A stretch of DNA of 64,000 bases from the NCBI RefSeq assembly GCF_963676685.1, contig NC_092352.1, positions 24,056,001 to 24,120,000 on the forward strand. The letters run 5' to 3'. A program made the translations under genes and the position numbers. Shown here in pieces: positions 1 to 14,706 of this stretch. The notes below the pieces were generated by a model. That model worked only from the letters and a program-made list of their open reading frames with translations, had not been told where the DNA came from and searched no databases. Each line of letters opens with the position of its first letter. Position 1 is the first letter of the stretch. The stretch is from Mytilus edulis (lineage: Eukaryota).

Positions 1-454
1 GATTTTCTTCAAATGGTAATATCTATAGTAACGTGTTTAATTCATACAAATGTTTTCATTGGCTATTTGTGTTGGCTGATAGATGTATCAATTCGTGCCA
101 TTTTTAGCTCATCTGACCCAAAGGGTCAAGTGAGTATTTCTCATCACTTGAAGTCCGTCGTAATTGTCTGTTAACTTTTACAAAAATCTTATCTGAAACT
201 ACTGAGTCAAATATAACCAAGCTTGTCCACAACCATCATTAGGGTATCTAGTCCCAGGACCTGACATGCCAACCATCATAATTGCCATGCATGGTTGTAA
301 ATAGTACAGAAGGGCAAATTCAAGTTTTTTTTATTGTCTTAAAAATGCTATCGATAGAGAAATTATGGAAATTGCAGAAGTATTTAGGAGATATTGAACT
401 TAAAAATAGATTTTAACCATTTGTTTTTGTTTTTTTATTGCATTTTCCCCTTAA

Positions 455-727
455 GGTGGTACCTAACACTACAGGGAGATAACTCTGTAAGGTCAGCTAA
501 ACGTTTTAATTACGTTGTGTTGTAAAGGGAATATTAAGATTCTCAATGATGAAAATTGGTGTTTGTCAAACTGCTATATAACCAGTGTAATTTTTCTAAC
601 AAAACGGTTGGTTCAAAATTTTTGAAATTTTTATGTTTTTGTTGAAGGGTCAAAGTAAATACATTGTCAAAATTTTATGAAAATTAAACGAGCCAAGTTA
701 ATTTTAGTGAAAGTGTTGGGTACCACC
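455..727. mobile_element. Kolobok-type MITE
   Basis: 16-bp TIRs GGTGGTACCTAACACT / AGTGTTGGGTACCACC (1 mismatch), TTAA on both sides (451-454, 728-731), GG termini, no ORF. Confidence 0.75.
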
Positions 728-3574
728 TTAAGGAGGCTTAAGAAAAAAATCAGCAAAAATTGAAACATTTGCTTTTTCATTTCAAATTTTATTTATTACA
801 CTATTAGTGTTACTTTATGATATGGTTCAAAAATCAACCAAAAAAAAAACAATTCGTTTTGGCCCCAGAAGACTTTTTAAAATGTTTATATCATTGAAAA
901 TGCTCCAAATTATCATCCTTTGGTGAAAAAAATGCCATTTTTTGCATAAAAATTGCAATAACTTTTTTAACTCATGCACCAGTGACCTATATTTTTTTAT
1001 TATTGTTTTCAAATGAACTTTACTGAAACTAAACTATTGAAAAATTTAAGCAATTTCTGTAATTTAGTTCTTTTTTTATTTTGATTTTACCTTTTTTTCT
1101 CCTATTAGTTCAACAGAAAAAAAGTACTTTAACAGAAATACGTTCTTCTTTCAAATGAAGATTGTGAGCTTAAATGAACGGTGACCCCATATTTTTGTTT
1201 AATTTTTCTTTTAAGAATAGGATAAAGTTTATTTATAGAAAAGAAAAGGGAAATCCTATATTTAAAAAAAAATGATTTAGACCCGCTAGCCCCCTTATTA
1301 TAACAAAAGCTATAATAGAAGAGAAGCAAAAGGTACCAAAGAAAAATTTTAAAAGACCAACAGACAACCAATAGTGTATAAAACATGTTACACTAAAGAC
1401 GGACCCTATTACAAACTGGAGGTGATCTAGAAGGGTAGGCAGATCCTGCTTCACATATGACACCTGTATAGATGTAGAGAAAATTTAAATATAAAAAATG
1501 ATCTAGTTTCTGGTGTCAAAATTTATGAAACCTGAAACTATTAAATGTTTCTCAATGTTTGGGACAGAATTAGGTATGTGTTTATGTGAATCACTAACTT
1601 ATGCAAGACAGGCCCTACACCTGACAACCTCATATTTTTTTAGTTTCTTTGTTGATTTCATAGGTATAGGGAAACCATGAATTTAAATATCAATCAAAGT
1701 AAAAAATATCTTGTGGTCTGGTGTGTTTTTGTTGCATCAAAGAAAGTTTTCTTACGTTGACAATATTCTTGTTCACAAAATAAAACAAAATATTTTTTCG
1801 TATTATACTAAATTAACTACAGCAATCGAAAAATATTTGTGAAATTTTACAGATTTTTTAGATTACTACTGGTACGAGACAACACTATTTTTAACATTTG
1901 ACCTTTGTTTTTAATTTTGTTAAAGCATAAAATTTTAATTATCACATATATTTTGAAATTGTAATATAATCTAGAATGTAATGATATCTCATACATATTA
2001 AAGTTTTTATTTTAATATATGAAAGTATAATGCATAATACAACCACCCACATAAAAAAAAATAATTACCTTCCCTGGGGGAACATAGTATTTTCTGGAAC
2101 TGCCCTTAATGTTTTCTTGGGGGATAAAGTATTTTCTGGAGCAGCCCTTAATGTTTTAATATAAAAAAATATCTATTTCAAGTTGATAAACACAAAAAAA
2201 TCCTGTGATATAGTCTATATTACTCCAATCCAGGTTTTACCCTTGTTCTATGTGTATGTTACATACAAACGTATAAAAAAGAAAAGATGTGGTGTTAAGT
2301 TTGCCAATGAGACAATTCTCCACCAGAGACCTAATGATGTAGATGTTAATGATAAACCACAGATTGAAATGCCTACCTGCTCATTCTGGATATGACATGA
2401 AATTTCATTATTGAAACAAAAACAAATGTAGAGTTTAGTATGACGTCCATCATCACTGAACTAGTACATATTTTTGTTTAGGGACCACCTATTAAAAGCA
2501 CGCTTCAGGGCGCGGGATTTTCTTGTTGTATTGAAGACTCAGGTCATTTAAGAAGAAAATTGATAGAGGAAAGATACAGATATGCAAGAATTTAATATTT
2601 GAAATGCACTTAATATTTCTTTTGTATATGACCACCAAATTTTGGCTGTCATTATTATTTCTGCCATATAAACAAATATATCTTGTAAAATTTATTCATT
2701 AGAGGAAGCTAAAATAACAAATATCTAACCACATTAGGGGGTGCATATACACATAACTAAAAAAAAGGCTTATTTAGTCCAGTCAATCTAGCATAAATTT
2801 GACCCTAACCTGAAAGTAATTGCAACAGAAGATTTTTAAGGTTTAATCTTTAGCATTATACCCCAAATATACACAGAAAAAAGTCCCATAAAATCTTACT
2901 GGAGTAAGACTAAAAAAATCACCATATAAAATTCCTATGGAGATTTGCATTGAAAAGGGATATAACTCTTGCAAAAATGGCAGAAATATCAATAAAAATT
3001 GACACAAAATAATAATAATAACTTTGCCGCTTATATGAGACTCCCTTGTTTACCATCGTCATGTATGCTAATTATGATACGTAGTTTTGGTCGCACGCCT
3101 TTATGACGTCATTTACCAGATAGAAGGCGCGCCTGTATCCCTGCTCTATTAAAAGTGTCCAGAACTTTCATAATCGTCATTCTGTAGGATAGTATAGACA
3201 TAATTAATGTTCCGTAAGTACACAATCGTGATTGCCGTATGACCGAGGGAGAGTGACCATCCTTTTAGATTTTATTTTCCCAAATATTTCGCGCAGTATA
3301 AAATAAAACTTTTTCTCCTGTTTGCTCAACATGTGTTTGAAATTTCTATGCAGACATTTTTGTCGCGTAGTGATGGAAGTCGCATGACAGACTCGTCTGA
3401 AAACCGTATCCCGGAACTGGCCTATTGCACCTATTTAGCAAAACTAGCAGCGGAAATCTTCCAAGACTTTCTAAAGACTAAACAATTTATATTTTTATGA
3501 TTTGATACTATGCATGTTTTTCAACATAGGTAAATATATCTAGATATACACAAAAGTTCACAGTATTTATCAAA

Positions 3575-4655
3575 GAGTAAAATCACAAAAATACTGCACT
3601 TAGAGGAAGATCAATTGGGAAAGTCCATAATCACATGGCAAAATCAAATAACAAAACGCATCAAAAACGAATGGACAAAAACTGTCATATTCCTGACTTG
3701 GTACAGGCATTTTCAAATGTAGAAAATGGTGGATTAAACCTGGTTCTATAGCGCTAACCCTCTCACTTTAATGACAGTCTCATCAATTTCCGATATTTTT
3801 ACATTGATGCGTTAAATAAACAGACACAATAAATATAATAGTCAAAATATGGGTACATCAGTCATCATCGTTTAACAATTTTAAAAGGAACAATTTAACA
3901 GAACACAAAAACATCTACTATCTACGAACACATTTATTGATTTGAGTGTCTGACGTCAGAAAATTTTATACGTCATATAAATTTGTCGTTCAATGTACGT
4001 ACAAACAATTTTAAAATTTTCATGGGAATGTTAGCATACAGGGTTAAAAAATCAAAAGTATGTAAGAAAAAATTTAAGAAATAGACCGAGATTTAAACTA
4101 GTCCAAAAGTTATATATAGAATTTATAAGAATCCAAAAATAGTGAATTCCACTACGCGATTGAATGATTTTGACGTTTGTGGTTCAACGTATATTGTGAT
4201 TCATAATAGAAATATATCATAATGACATATAAATAGAACAATATCCTACTGACGGGATCTTTTAAAGTACAGAGTCACGTTATAAGAACAAAAGAAATAC
4301 AAAAAGTCGCAAATACAAAACAAACCACAAAAAAATGAAAGCCGATACAAACACATTGACGAGATGTATAAGTACCGAGCCACGTGAAACGGAAATCACA
4401 TGAAACCATTCAACAGTAAAAGTAATATTAATAATAGAACAAAGACAAATGAAAGAACTATAAACCACGTTGTTAAGATGATAAACAACATCAGTACGAA
4501 GAATCTATACATCAAGACCATCGTGTATTATTTGAGAAGTTGATACGGAATATTTATCAACAAGGTCTTGGTACCTTCCGATGAACTTTTTTTAGAAAAA
4601 GAACGAGACGTTCTTTGACATACCCCTGTTTCATCAACTTTCTACTCAGATAAAG
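3575..4655 (-). mobile_element. 3' end of Penelope-like (Naiad-type) retroelement: RT C-terminus plus long 3' UTR/pLTR
   Basis: Minus strand ~4652-4505 reads LSRKLMKQGYVKERLVLFLKKFIGRYQDLVDKYSVS, matching the C-termini of the PLE RT fragments at 15078-16016 and 34010-34306; the downstream sequence recurs at ~17495-17990, ~21500-22050 and ~25562-26310. Confidence 0.75.
3691..3766 (-). ncRNA. twister-ribozyme-like motif (circularly permuted)
   Basis: Minus strand GTGA-GA-GGG...TAA-TCC-AC-[CATTTTC/GAAAATG]-CCTG-TACCAAGT-CAGG-A follows the twister P2/P3/P4/L4 order. Confidence 0.5.
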
Positions 4656-7044
4656 TGTTTACTGAAAAAACATCATGTCTTGAAACGTCGCCATTCGACG
4701 TCATCTGTACTATTAAACGAGAAGACCTCATTTTGTGTGTCGCTTCTCTTCCTTCCACAATAAATTAATCATCATGCTTGTGTGTCCTATAGGTAACATG
4801 CATAGTCGCATTTGTCATCCATACTTATGATTATTCAGATTAAGTTTTTTTGGGAGAAAACGACATAAAAAGGCATCCGGATATTGTTTCCGTCATCTGA
4901 GTGACTTAAAGTCATACATAAGACTTCCGGTTTTAAACGCATGCACAAGTACATTGATAACCAATCTTATGATAGATAACAAAAATGAAAAATAAATAAG
5001 CCAATCAGAGCGTTCTCCATATCATAGTTTTCAGATCGCAAGAACCACAACAAGGTATACCTCCTTATAGAGGACAATTATTTTTCGCGTTTATCTACAT
5101 GTAAACTACGATTATACTTATATAATATATAGTGACTCTCTGTATTCTTTCTATTGTTTTCTATGATATGTTTACTATTTAAGGGGTCATATCAGTTGCA
5201 AATATATTAAAATAAGTAAAACATGTGGAAACAAGAATGTGTACATATTAAATGGTTGCCACATCGGCACTTTCATTTTCTATGGTCAGTGGACCGTAAA
5301 AATGGGGTGAAATCTTTAATTTGGCATTAAGATTAGAAAGATCACAGCATGGGGAACATATCTACTAAGTTTCGAGTTGATTGGACTTCAACTTTATCAA
5401 AAACTTAAACCTGATGCGGGACAGATGGACGGATGAACAAACGGACGCACAGACTAGAAAACATAATGCCCATAAATGGGGCGTACAAATTTATTTTTGA
5501 AAGTGAAAGAAGTGATTTGGCAAAAATGAAAGTAGGGTAGAAATTAGAGGGGACAGAACCTTTTTCGGGACATTAGGATCGGTTGTTTTTAAGCTCGGGA
5601 TTTCGGGATTGATCCTTACGGGATCCGGGAATTCTTTTTTCGAATTTCGGGATTTCGGGATATAAATCTCTTTAAATTCCGACTTCTGGATTTCATATTT
5701 TTAAGCCCGGGATTCCGGGATGAAGACCCAGCCGACCACCCCTCAAATTAGCCTTATAATCATTTATAAGTACAAGATTCAAATCCTACCATTGGCATGT
5801 TAATAGGGCTCTCGAAAGAAAAAATGTCCTAGAAGCATATTTTATCAGAATAATAATAGTCTATAAGCAGTTACATTTGTTTCATGTTTAAACCCCTGCA
5901 AAATTTTTAATTTAATTTGTCTTTCACGTAAAAATGCATTGTAGCAAAGGGGAAGAATAATTGAGGTCTTAGGCCAGAAACACGATAATAATCGAGTTTT
6001 ACAGAGAGGAAACAAATAACGGACTTTGGAAAAAGGGAGAGGGCTTTTGATACCTTTTATGAAATTCCCCTCACATAAAATCTTTTATAAAAAAATCCTC
6101 CTACAACAGTTTACAATCTGTAAATGCCCGCGATTTCGCGTATGTGTTCTAGTTAATATAAAAATAAAACCGAGAAAAAGAAACTCTCATGAACCACATC
6201 AACAAACGTAAACCGCTTAACAACAGGTTCCTGACTTTGGACAGGAACAAACAAATGCAGATGGTTTAAATTACATTGATATCGTTCCTTGGTTTGTTTG
6301 TTTTATTTTGGTTATATCTTTTGTAAGTTTACTTTCGATCTTCTGTTACTATTATTCTTTTCGAAAACACAGCTACTTTTACTTCTTTCGGATAAAACAG
6401 AGGCCCATAGCAAGATATTGTTTAACTTAGCATGGGAAGCCGTCAAGCCAATTTATAATGAAAAAACCGACATACATGAAATTTGTCAAATGTCTTTGGA
6501 TGATGACAAGAAAGATGATCTCATTGACGAAGAAGATAATATCCTAGCAATCCTTGGAGAGTTTGGAATTATTATTGAAACCGACAACAACTTATCATCG
6601 GCCTTCACAGTGGAAGACACAATAATGGCGTCCAATCTCCGTACGATAGTATCTTTGACAGTCTTTCACCTCCCTCTATCTTCCATCAATATATCACCAT
6701 TTCTACCATTTTGTGAGATTCTTCCAAAACCATCATCGACACTTTATCAGGAGTATTTGTTCATTCTTCTCTTATAACGACTCACACACCACCTTTTTCT
6801 TCTGCATCATCAATAACTTCTTCCGATATCCTGCCATCCTTAGTCTTCCACAAAGATATTTCAATCATCAACTTTTCCCACGATGCATCGCTCACTAGCG
6901 TGCCAGAAATTTGAGGTAATGGTATTGGAATTTACGCATGGGTGCAATTTGAGTACACCTTATAACAGAATCATTGATGGCTTGGAGGTCAGTTCAGACC
7001 AATTTTTTCTATGATTCCATATGGATTTAAGAAATAATTGATGT

Positions 7045-7179
7045 AAGCTATACTTTATTGGTTGTTTTAACATGGGTAGGCCTTATATTCTTGATTATTT
7101 TTGCCCGAGCGATAGTGAGGGCTAAAATAACACGAATATAATGCCTACCCATGTTAAAACAACATATAAAGTATAGCTT
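7045..7179. repeat. 135-bp foldback palindrome
   Basis: AAGCTATACTTTAT..GTTGTTTTAACATGGGTAGGC..TTATATTC is mirrored by GAATATAA..GCCTACCCATGTTAAAACAAC..ATAAAGTATAGCTT. Confidence 0.85.
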
Positions 7180-7812
7180 GTATCAAATATTTCGATTCTA
7201 ATTAGGACACTTAAAGTCATTTTTATGTCCGATGGTTAAGCGATTGTATAGGCTATTCCAGGAACCTCCCTTTTTTGTTTGTAAAGAAGCAAACAGCTGA
7301 CACTGTGATTTTTCAGAGAGAGGAGTTTTGGAACAGCCAGCATGAACGGTTGTCGTATCTAGGTCAAATATGTCAAACATTCCAGTCATAATAAATGAAT
7401 TAGTAACAACATGTGCATCATTTAAGAGTTTGGAAGAGTTTTCAGTTTATGAAATATATTAAATGCATGCTAATTTGATAAAATTCATTATTTTGCTTTA
7501 TTGGATTTAGAGCATGGGTTTATTCATCAAGCAAAAGAAGCACGTCATATTAGAATCAAAATTAGAGTGGTGAAACCATATAGTAAATAATGATACATCT
7601 ACAAAATAAACACATTATGAAAACATTTGTCCGAAGAATAAATAAACGTAGGTTAAAAAACTGTCAAAATATGTGTAATTTGGATACCCCCACGTTACTT
7701 TTTATCTATTGAAATAAACTTGATAGAAGTTAAGGTGGCTCGGCCCTTTAACACTGCGCACATTTTAACGCATGTTTTCAACGCCGAGCGCGTCCAATTG
7801 AATTCAGAAATC

Positions 7813-10800
7813 ATGGCTGACAGGGGTCGTCTCAATGGACGTTTTTGTTCAAAGTCAAAACAAAAGTTCTCAATCGCGGCAACAAATAAATACAATATAA
7901 AGAAAAACGAGATCGGGAAAACGGTTGGTGTTAGATTGTTAGACATCGATTATTTTCTATCCAATTCATTTTGGTACTTTCTGTGGAGAGCCAGTCTTCT
8001 TGCAAAATATTGTCGGAGAAATCAAACACAGAGCAGCATCCGAACTATTTTTGCGATGCAACGCTTGCGGGGAAGATTCTCCTGTCTACATCAAGATATC
8101 GGCACGAGAGAGTAAAAGTCAGGAAATCAAAAAATATGATATCAATACAAGAATAGTATAAGGTAAGTCTAGTTTGTGCCCTCTTTTATAAATGGAGTGA
8201 GATAAACTCCATAAAATAAATGGTTTTCCTCTCAACATGATTAATCTGCACCTGCTTATAATTCCACAAAGAAAAAAAAAAAAGAAAAAATCAAAACAGA
8301 AAAACAAAGATGCGTAAACAAAAGACACTATTATTAAATTTATTGTAACATCAATTTCATTCCGAGATCAAAACTGCTTTTTCTCTGGCCACTCTTCCAT
8401 CACACACAAGTCGGACTGCTTTCATCATACAAAATGCTTCACTCCTTACTCCAGAGTAATTGTCAAATATTAAAACAAAAATTCAGTTCATATTGATTTC
8501 ATGTTCAAAATGACCAGCTTGAACTCAACTTGACCGGTCGACCTTCCGATTTGTTTTTGTCATTAATTTTTTTTTGGCGGTCGTATAAAAACTTAACATT
8601 GACCAATGAAACTGAGGTACTTCAATTTCACAAAAAAAAAAAAAAAAACTACCTTGACTCTATATAGTTTGTGCCAAAAAAAATTGGCTAAAAATTTATA
8701 TTGCTGTTGTGGTCGAGTTTCCTGTCTTTCATTACTAAAAACAGTGCACTTACTAATCAACCTTCAGTTTTACATTCTTCAGATCCGTGAAATCGAGCCC
8801 AAGGTAAGATAGTATCTACCAGACAGATCCATACACTCATTCCATAAATCAATTAGCATAAAACACAAAAAGTTAACATTGACTAATGAACCATGAAAAT
8901 CAGGTCAAGATAAGATGATATCTGCCAGACAAACATGCACCTCACAATTATCTAATAGATTGAAAACAGCGGACCTTTTACTCTAAGTATTTAAAAGACA
9001 GACTAAAATACAATAAAATGCTCTGCAGGGTGCAGCTTGATACAACCGCAAAAGTTGAACTCTGAACAATTGGGGCCAGTAAGATACATTATACAAGCTT
9101 GATACATCTCTGAAATTATATTGTGACTTGACACAGCATAGGTTTCTGAGATAGTATGGAACCTTGTGGTACAATATCAAAAATATCCATACACTTATAC
9201 TAAAGTTATTGTCTGGAAATTAGGTGTCTGCATACAACACTGACGACAACGTGATACCATTATTCAAATGCAAATCTTTTTTGGCAGTCGTGTAAAAACT
9301 TAACATTGACCAATGAAACTGAGGTCAATGATAGTTGAAACCTGCCAGACTAACATGTTATCATTATAATCATTCCATACACCACATGTAATTGACCTCC
9401 GGCTTATTAAGTTTAAAAGTCAATAGACCATGACTGAGGGGATGGGGTTAACAAAATCTCCATATTATTTACTTACCAGTGGTTCCCCATACACTGACCT
9501 AATCAAAAACTAATACATGAAAAATAAGCAAAAATTTCAAAGTCAATAGCCCATGACTGAGGGGGCGGGTCATCCATGGTAATGAAATATGCCAATACTA
9601 ATACAACTGCATACCAAATATTTGACCTACCAATAGTGGTTCACCATAAACTAGACCTAATCACAAACCAATACATTGTTTGCACCGCTGTGGCCAACGC
9701 CGGAAACAGCATACCTTAGTCTCGCTTTTTGACCCTGTCAAGCAAGAGAAAAAAGTTATAAATATAAATATATAGCACAACATTATAAGCGACTAAAATA
9801 CATTTATATAAATACTAATAATTAAAGTCTTTGTTTGCACATTAAATTCCCTAAATTCTGTTTATGATTAAAATTGTCTTTTATCAGGTATGATCGATTG
9901 TGGACTTGGGTACGCACAAATAAACACCCTTCTAAGCCTAATGGATCTACCAACCATTGATAAAAAAACCTTGGCTTCCTACGAAGAAGTTGGTGATAAG
10001 CTGGAAAAATATACAGAAGAGATGTGCGATGCTTGCAAAGTTTAAAAAGCTATTCAAGATAAAATAGAAATAAAAGATTTTCGAAATATAGCTGTAAGCT
10101 ATAACATGGGATAGCAGAAAAGAGGACGAGCACACACCAGTCTTACAGGTACAACAAACAAAAAACCGGACATTATTTTAACTACCTTACAAGACATAAT
10201 ATTGTTTAAAAACACACAGTTGTGAACTGGTTAATCATTATTTGACGAAATTTTCTTTGATCTTTAGGACTGATAATTTCATTTCTCAGAAAAGTAGAGT
10301 GATATGAAAAATTATCTCTAGAAACTAAGGGTGCATGTGACTGTTATCATTGAAATTGACAAATTCGTCATAGGTAGAATAGCAGTAAACAGATTATAAT
10401 TGGTCATCTCAACTTAATTACTTTTCTCACTTTCGCCTTACCGGCTCTCAATCAAGCCCTCTAGTGAGGTTGTTAAAAAATTGTTTACCATTACACCGTA
10501 AATAAATCCCAACCTTTCTTTTTTTGGTATTGAGCCTTCTTGTAAAATTTCATATAGATACATTCTTTAAAACTGAAGTTATTATCCAGAAATCAAATAA
10601 GTCATAACAGACCTATAAAAGTGCATCATTTACATATTATTGATAAAAAATAACATTTAATACAAGTTGCATCATACAAAATCATACAATATTTATGAAA
10701 GTTAAAAATATTTGTCACTGGACAAAAAGTTTATCAACATTTCAATAAATTATTTAACAAATATACAATTATCTTTACAATTTACATCAAATTTAATATC

Positions 10801-12230
10801 CAATACAATTATAAAATATCTTTGTATAATACTTTCAGGAGTTGGCGTTATAGTAGGTGCAGCTACCAACAAAGTGCTTCATAACAACATTATGAACAAA
10901 GATTGCAGAAAATGCAAAAACACAAATGTAAAAAAACACAAATACCAAAGAAACCATGCTGGTTCTTCCAAAAGCACGGAAGCTGCTGCGGCAGTTACCA
11001 TGTTTAAAAGGTCAGAGCAAACGGGACTAAGTTACACATCCCTTATAGGAGATGATGACTCGACAACTCTATATCATGTCAGAAAAAATCTGCAGTACCA
11101 AATCACAAAGTGGAGTGATATCCAACACACCAAAAGGTCCCTTTATGGTCAACTATTGAATTTGAAAAAAAAAACAACACAACCAGTGTACTGATATGGT
11201 CGTTGCATATTTTAAAAGGCTTTTTACGCACACACTTTATCAGAATAAGGACAAACCAGAACAACTAGGATCGACATTCAGATCGATACCAGTGCACTGA
11301 TTTGGGGGTCATACTCAATGTGGAAATTGGTGCAAATATAGCATGCACACTACCACTTACAGACACACTGGTCTTCCAAGGGGAAAACCGTTATCGGACA
11401 ACCTTCTGAAAGACAAACTGACTTCCTTGTTTGACGTCAATGCTAATAATGCAGACAGGTAACATACATTTTTCATAAAAATCCAACTCTTTTGAAAACC
11501 ATACCTGTAGATAAAATTTATTATTCAAATCAATACAGAAAAATTGTATAATAATGCAATATTGAACTCGAGGCTTACTGCCATTGAGCACATAAAATTT
11601 GCACCACATGTAAAAACAATTTTTTGGACAACATTTAAGATTAAGATCCTATACAAATTAACATACACAGTATACAAAATTTACATGTAACAAAAACAGC
11701 TCACTGAGTTCCAGCTTTACTAAACAGTTTGCATACATAATATTAATGTTCTTATTTAATTGATTGATAGATGATCAACACCACTTTCAGCACTTTTGGC
11801 TATTTCGTGGCATTCATATCTAACTGGTTCTAGTGCGGTTAACAAACCATGACCTACTGCAGTGAAACTGATAATCCTAGTCAATAATGATTGTAGTGAA
11901 ATGCACCTGCCATGTGTAGGGTTCGAACTTATAACCTGTATTGGCAATGCTTATGAATTTCCAATACATGATGGCTTACTTATATTTATAATTGTATTAT
12001 AATTTTTCAGATTATCTCTTTTAGCTTCAAGCCAAAAAAATGAATCCATCAATTCAGTAATTGCCAAGAAAGCCCTAAAAAGCATGCATTTTGGTGGATC
12101 TAGATCCCTCAACTATAGAATGTCTGCGGCAGTAAGCAAACTCAACAATGGCAGTAAATACACAACAGAAGTCTTACAAAGACTTAATGTAACTATTGGT
12201 TCTAACACAGCTAAATATGTATGCAATATA
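7813..12230 (+). pseudogene. intron-containing Kolobok/Mutator-like DDE transposase pseudogene
   Basis: Exon-like blocks 7813-8162, 10839-11458 and 12011-~12230 with GT/AG boundaries; motifs CRKC, NHAGSSKSTE, YTSLIGDDDSTT, and NES.NS.IAKK...HFGGSRSLNYRM; frameshifts and stops. Confidence 0.65.
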
Positions 12231-13204
12231 GACATGCAGGAAAGGGAAACTTGATGCAGCCAGGAAAACAACCATTCCTTTTTACGCTTTCCTCCATAAT
12301 GACCCCTTTTGACGCCTCATTTACTATCTCAGATGAAGTAATCCGTGTCAGATTTTACCAAAGTTGTATCCAAAATAGGAAGTATAAATTTGTTAATAAA
12401 TGGTGTTAATTGTGTTGATGAAATAATTGTTTATTAACGTGAATTATAATTTTAAACTTGTTGTTTTCTTTTTTTTTAACGCCGTCGCCATTTTGACAAC
12501 TTTTCAAAGCAGCCGAAATCGAATTAAATACGATTTCTGTCATGAGTTATTAATAAAACTGTCAATTAAATGCACTTTCTTCATTTTGTACGATATAGTT
12601 TGAAGTGAAATGAGTGCTGGTAAGATTTTTTTAATTTCAAAAATGATGCAGATCAAGTCGATGCGAGTCCAAATTTAAAGCAACAAGAAAATTGCAATCA
12701 AATGCTCTATAAAACGTAATTGTGCTTAAAATAACATTTGGAATATCAGGAATTCATTTAAGAAATGAAAGATATGCAGTCGTGTCATACCGTTCTGTTT
12801 TCCGACACATTTTGGTCAAGAGGTTGATACCGTGTAAAATGTAAACATGTGAATTCTTTGGGGAATCCCTTTTCAGACTTCCGGCGACTACGCATCAACG
12901 AGTCATACAGTGGGCGGGAACATATAACTATTATCAACCAGAAAAAATAAACCTTTCATTGCATTTTTATGATATATCTTATGAAAATTGAATCATTTAA
13001 GCCTTAAAAAAAATTCTTGAAAAATTCTAAGTAAATAACCAGTTTTTAAACTTTTTCTTCTCGGACTTCAAACCCCGCCCACAACTCGGAATCAACAAAG
13101 TAGTACCCCACTTGCACCGCTTTTTTTGCATAAAAAAGACGAAATCCTTTTATTACCGTACTTTATTTCAATAAAAACATCCATACAGTATTCCGTGAAC
13201 TTCT

Positions 13205-13831
13205 ATGTTCATGATATATCATTTTTCCAACAAAAATACACAGCTTTTACTTTTGTGTACTTGGAGATTCATTTTGGGTAATAAAACATGGCCAACTGAA
13301 GAAATGGATATTTTCCTTTCTACCCAATCCTTGCAATTTTCGGGATTCGGATTATCAGATTTGGAGGACGAAAGTGAAAGTCCGGGTTCTTTTAGCCCAC
13401 CTAGTTCAGTGAGAACATCAGACTTATCATTTAATGAAGAATCTGATGGAGCTTCAGATCTTTCTGACAGAATCCCTGATTCCGATATTGAGGAATTGCC
13501 GGACAGTTATGGCGAGTTCGTTTCACAGCTAAGTGAAATACCTAGCAGCCAACTCACTAGTACATCTGATGAGGACTTTTGGTCAGAACAGCTGGAGGAT
13601 ATAGATATCCCAGATTTTAGTGAAATGACAGATCATGTGCACATGTTGCCATTGAACGCACAAGCTGTTGACCTTTTTCATTTGTTTTTGGAGAACGATT
13701 CTTTTCTAGCAGAGCAAACAAACCTGTATGCACAACAAACTTCCGAAAATGACCAGCATATGGAAGAGGTAAACAAAATATCATATAATCAAATATTGAG
13801 ATTTGTGTATGAGTTATGTCTCATAAATTAA
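13205..13831 (+). pseudogene. piggyBac transposase N-terminal fragment (PGBD-like)
   Basis: Acidic/Ser-rich N-terminus followed by IPDFSE...AVDLFHLFL...LAEQTNLYAQQ, typical of piggyBac transposases; no catalytic core. Confidence 0.65.
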
Positions 13832-14706
13832 ACTGTCCCCTATCAATCTCATCTTTTTCTTTAAAATCTTCTATGAACCTGGGAAAAAGGGATGGTGGGG
13901 AGTCGATGATGTCTTTTCTCTAAGTAGAGTTAGAGGGTTATGTTGATAATTTTGAGGCAAGTGCTGGTATTATAAGGGGTAAAATAATGTACTCGTATCT
14001 AAGACCTGGGGCGGATCCAGCCATTTATAAAATGGGGAGGGTGGGTTCAAACTACATGTCCTGATTCAGATGTATTAATCATCACTCGAAAAAATTAAAG
14101 GGTTCTGCTTTTTCAGGAATGAGTTCAGTATTTAATACTTTTATATGGTAAATATATTCTAAATGCGCACCATATTACACATTCACTACATGTTCTTTTT
14201 CTTATCTTATCTTATCTGAATCAATTTTTAATAAATGACTCAATTATAACGTTAATCATTTGATACCATTTCAGCAAAATTAGTACATGAGACCAAAGCA
14301 AAAACACTAAACGTTGTTTTCTGGAGTTTCTGCATGCTCTGCATTGCAATTATACTTTTGAGACGATCCCTCACATTCGCTTCACAGAAAAATTTTCTAA
14401 TATCAGGATATTAAGGACATGAAATGAGAAAAACTGTTATCTGAATGATATAATATATTGAGATGCACGCTATATATCATCAATTGCAACTTACAATTGG
14501 TAAATATGATGTAATTCCACTCTTCCCTGTCCATCCAACCTCATGCATGTAGATTCTTTGTGACGTAGAGAAATGGCGCGAATTAGTAAAGGGAGATAAC
14601 GAAAGAATAACAATGCAATACATAGTTAAAAAACACGTAATAAAATATTTCAAACGGATTATTAAAATATTTTTTCATTTTGAAAAAATAGGCAGAGCCA
14701 AATACA

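Noticed and set aside
6289-6898. 162-aa and 61-aa ORFs
   Set aside because: No recognisable domain; probably the antisense of a decayed coding fragment
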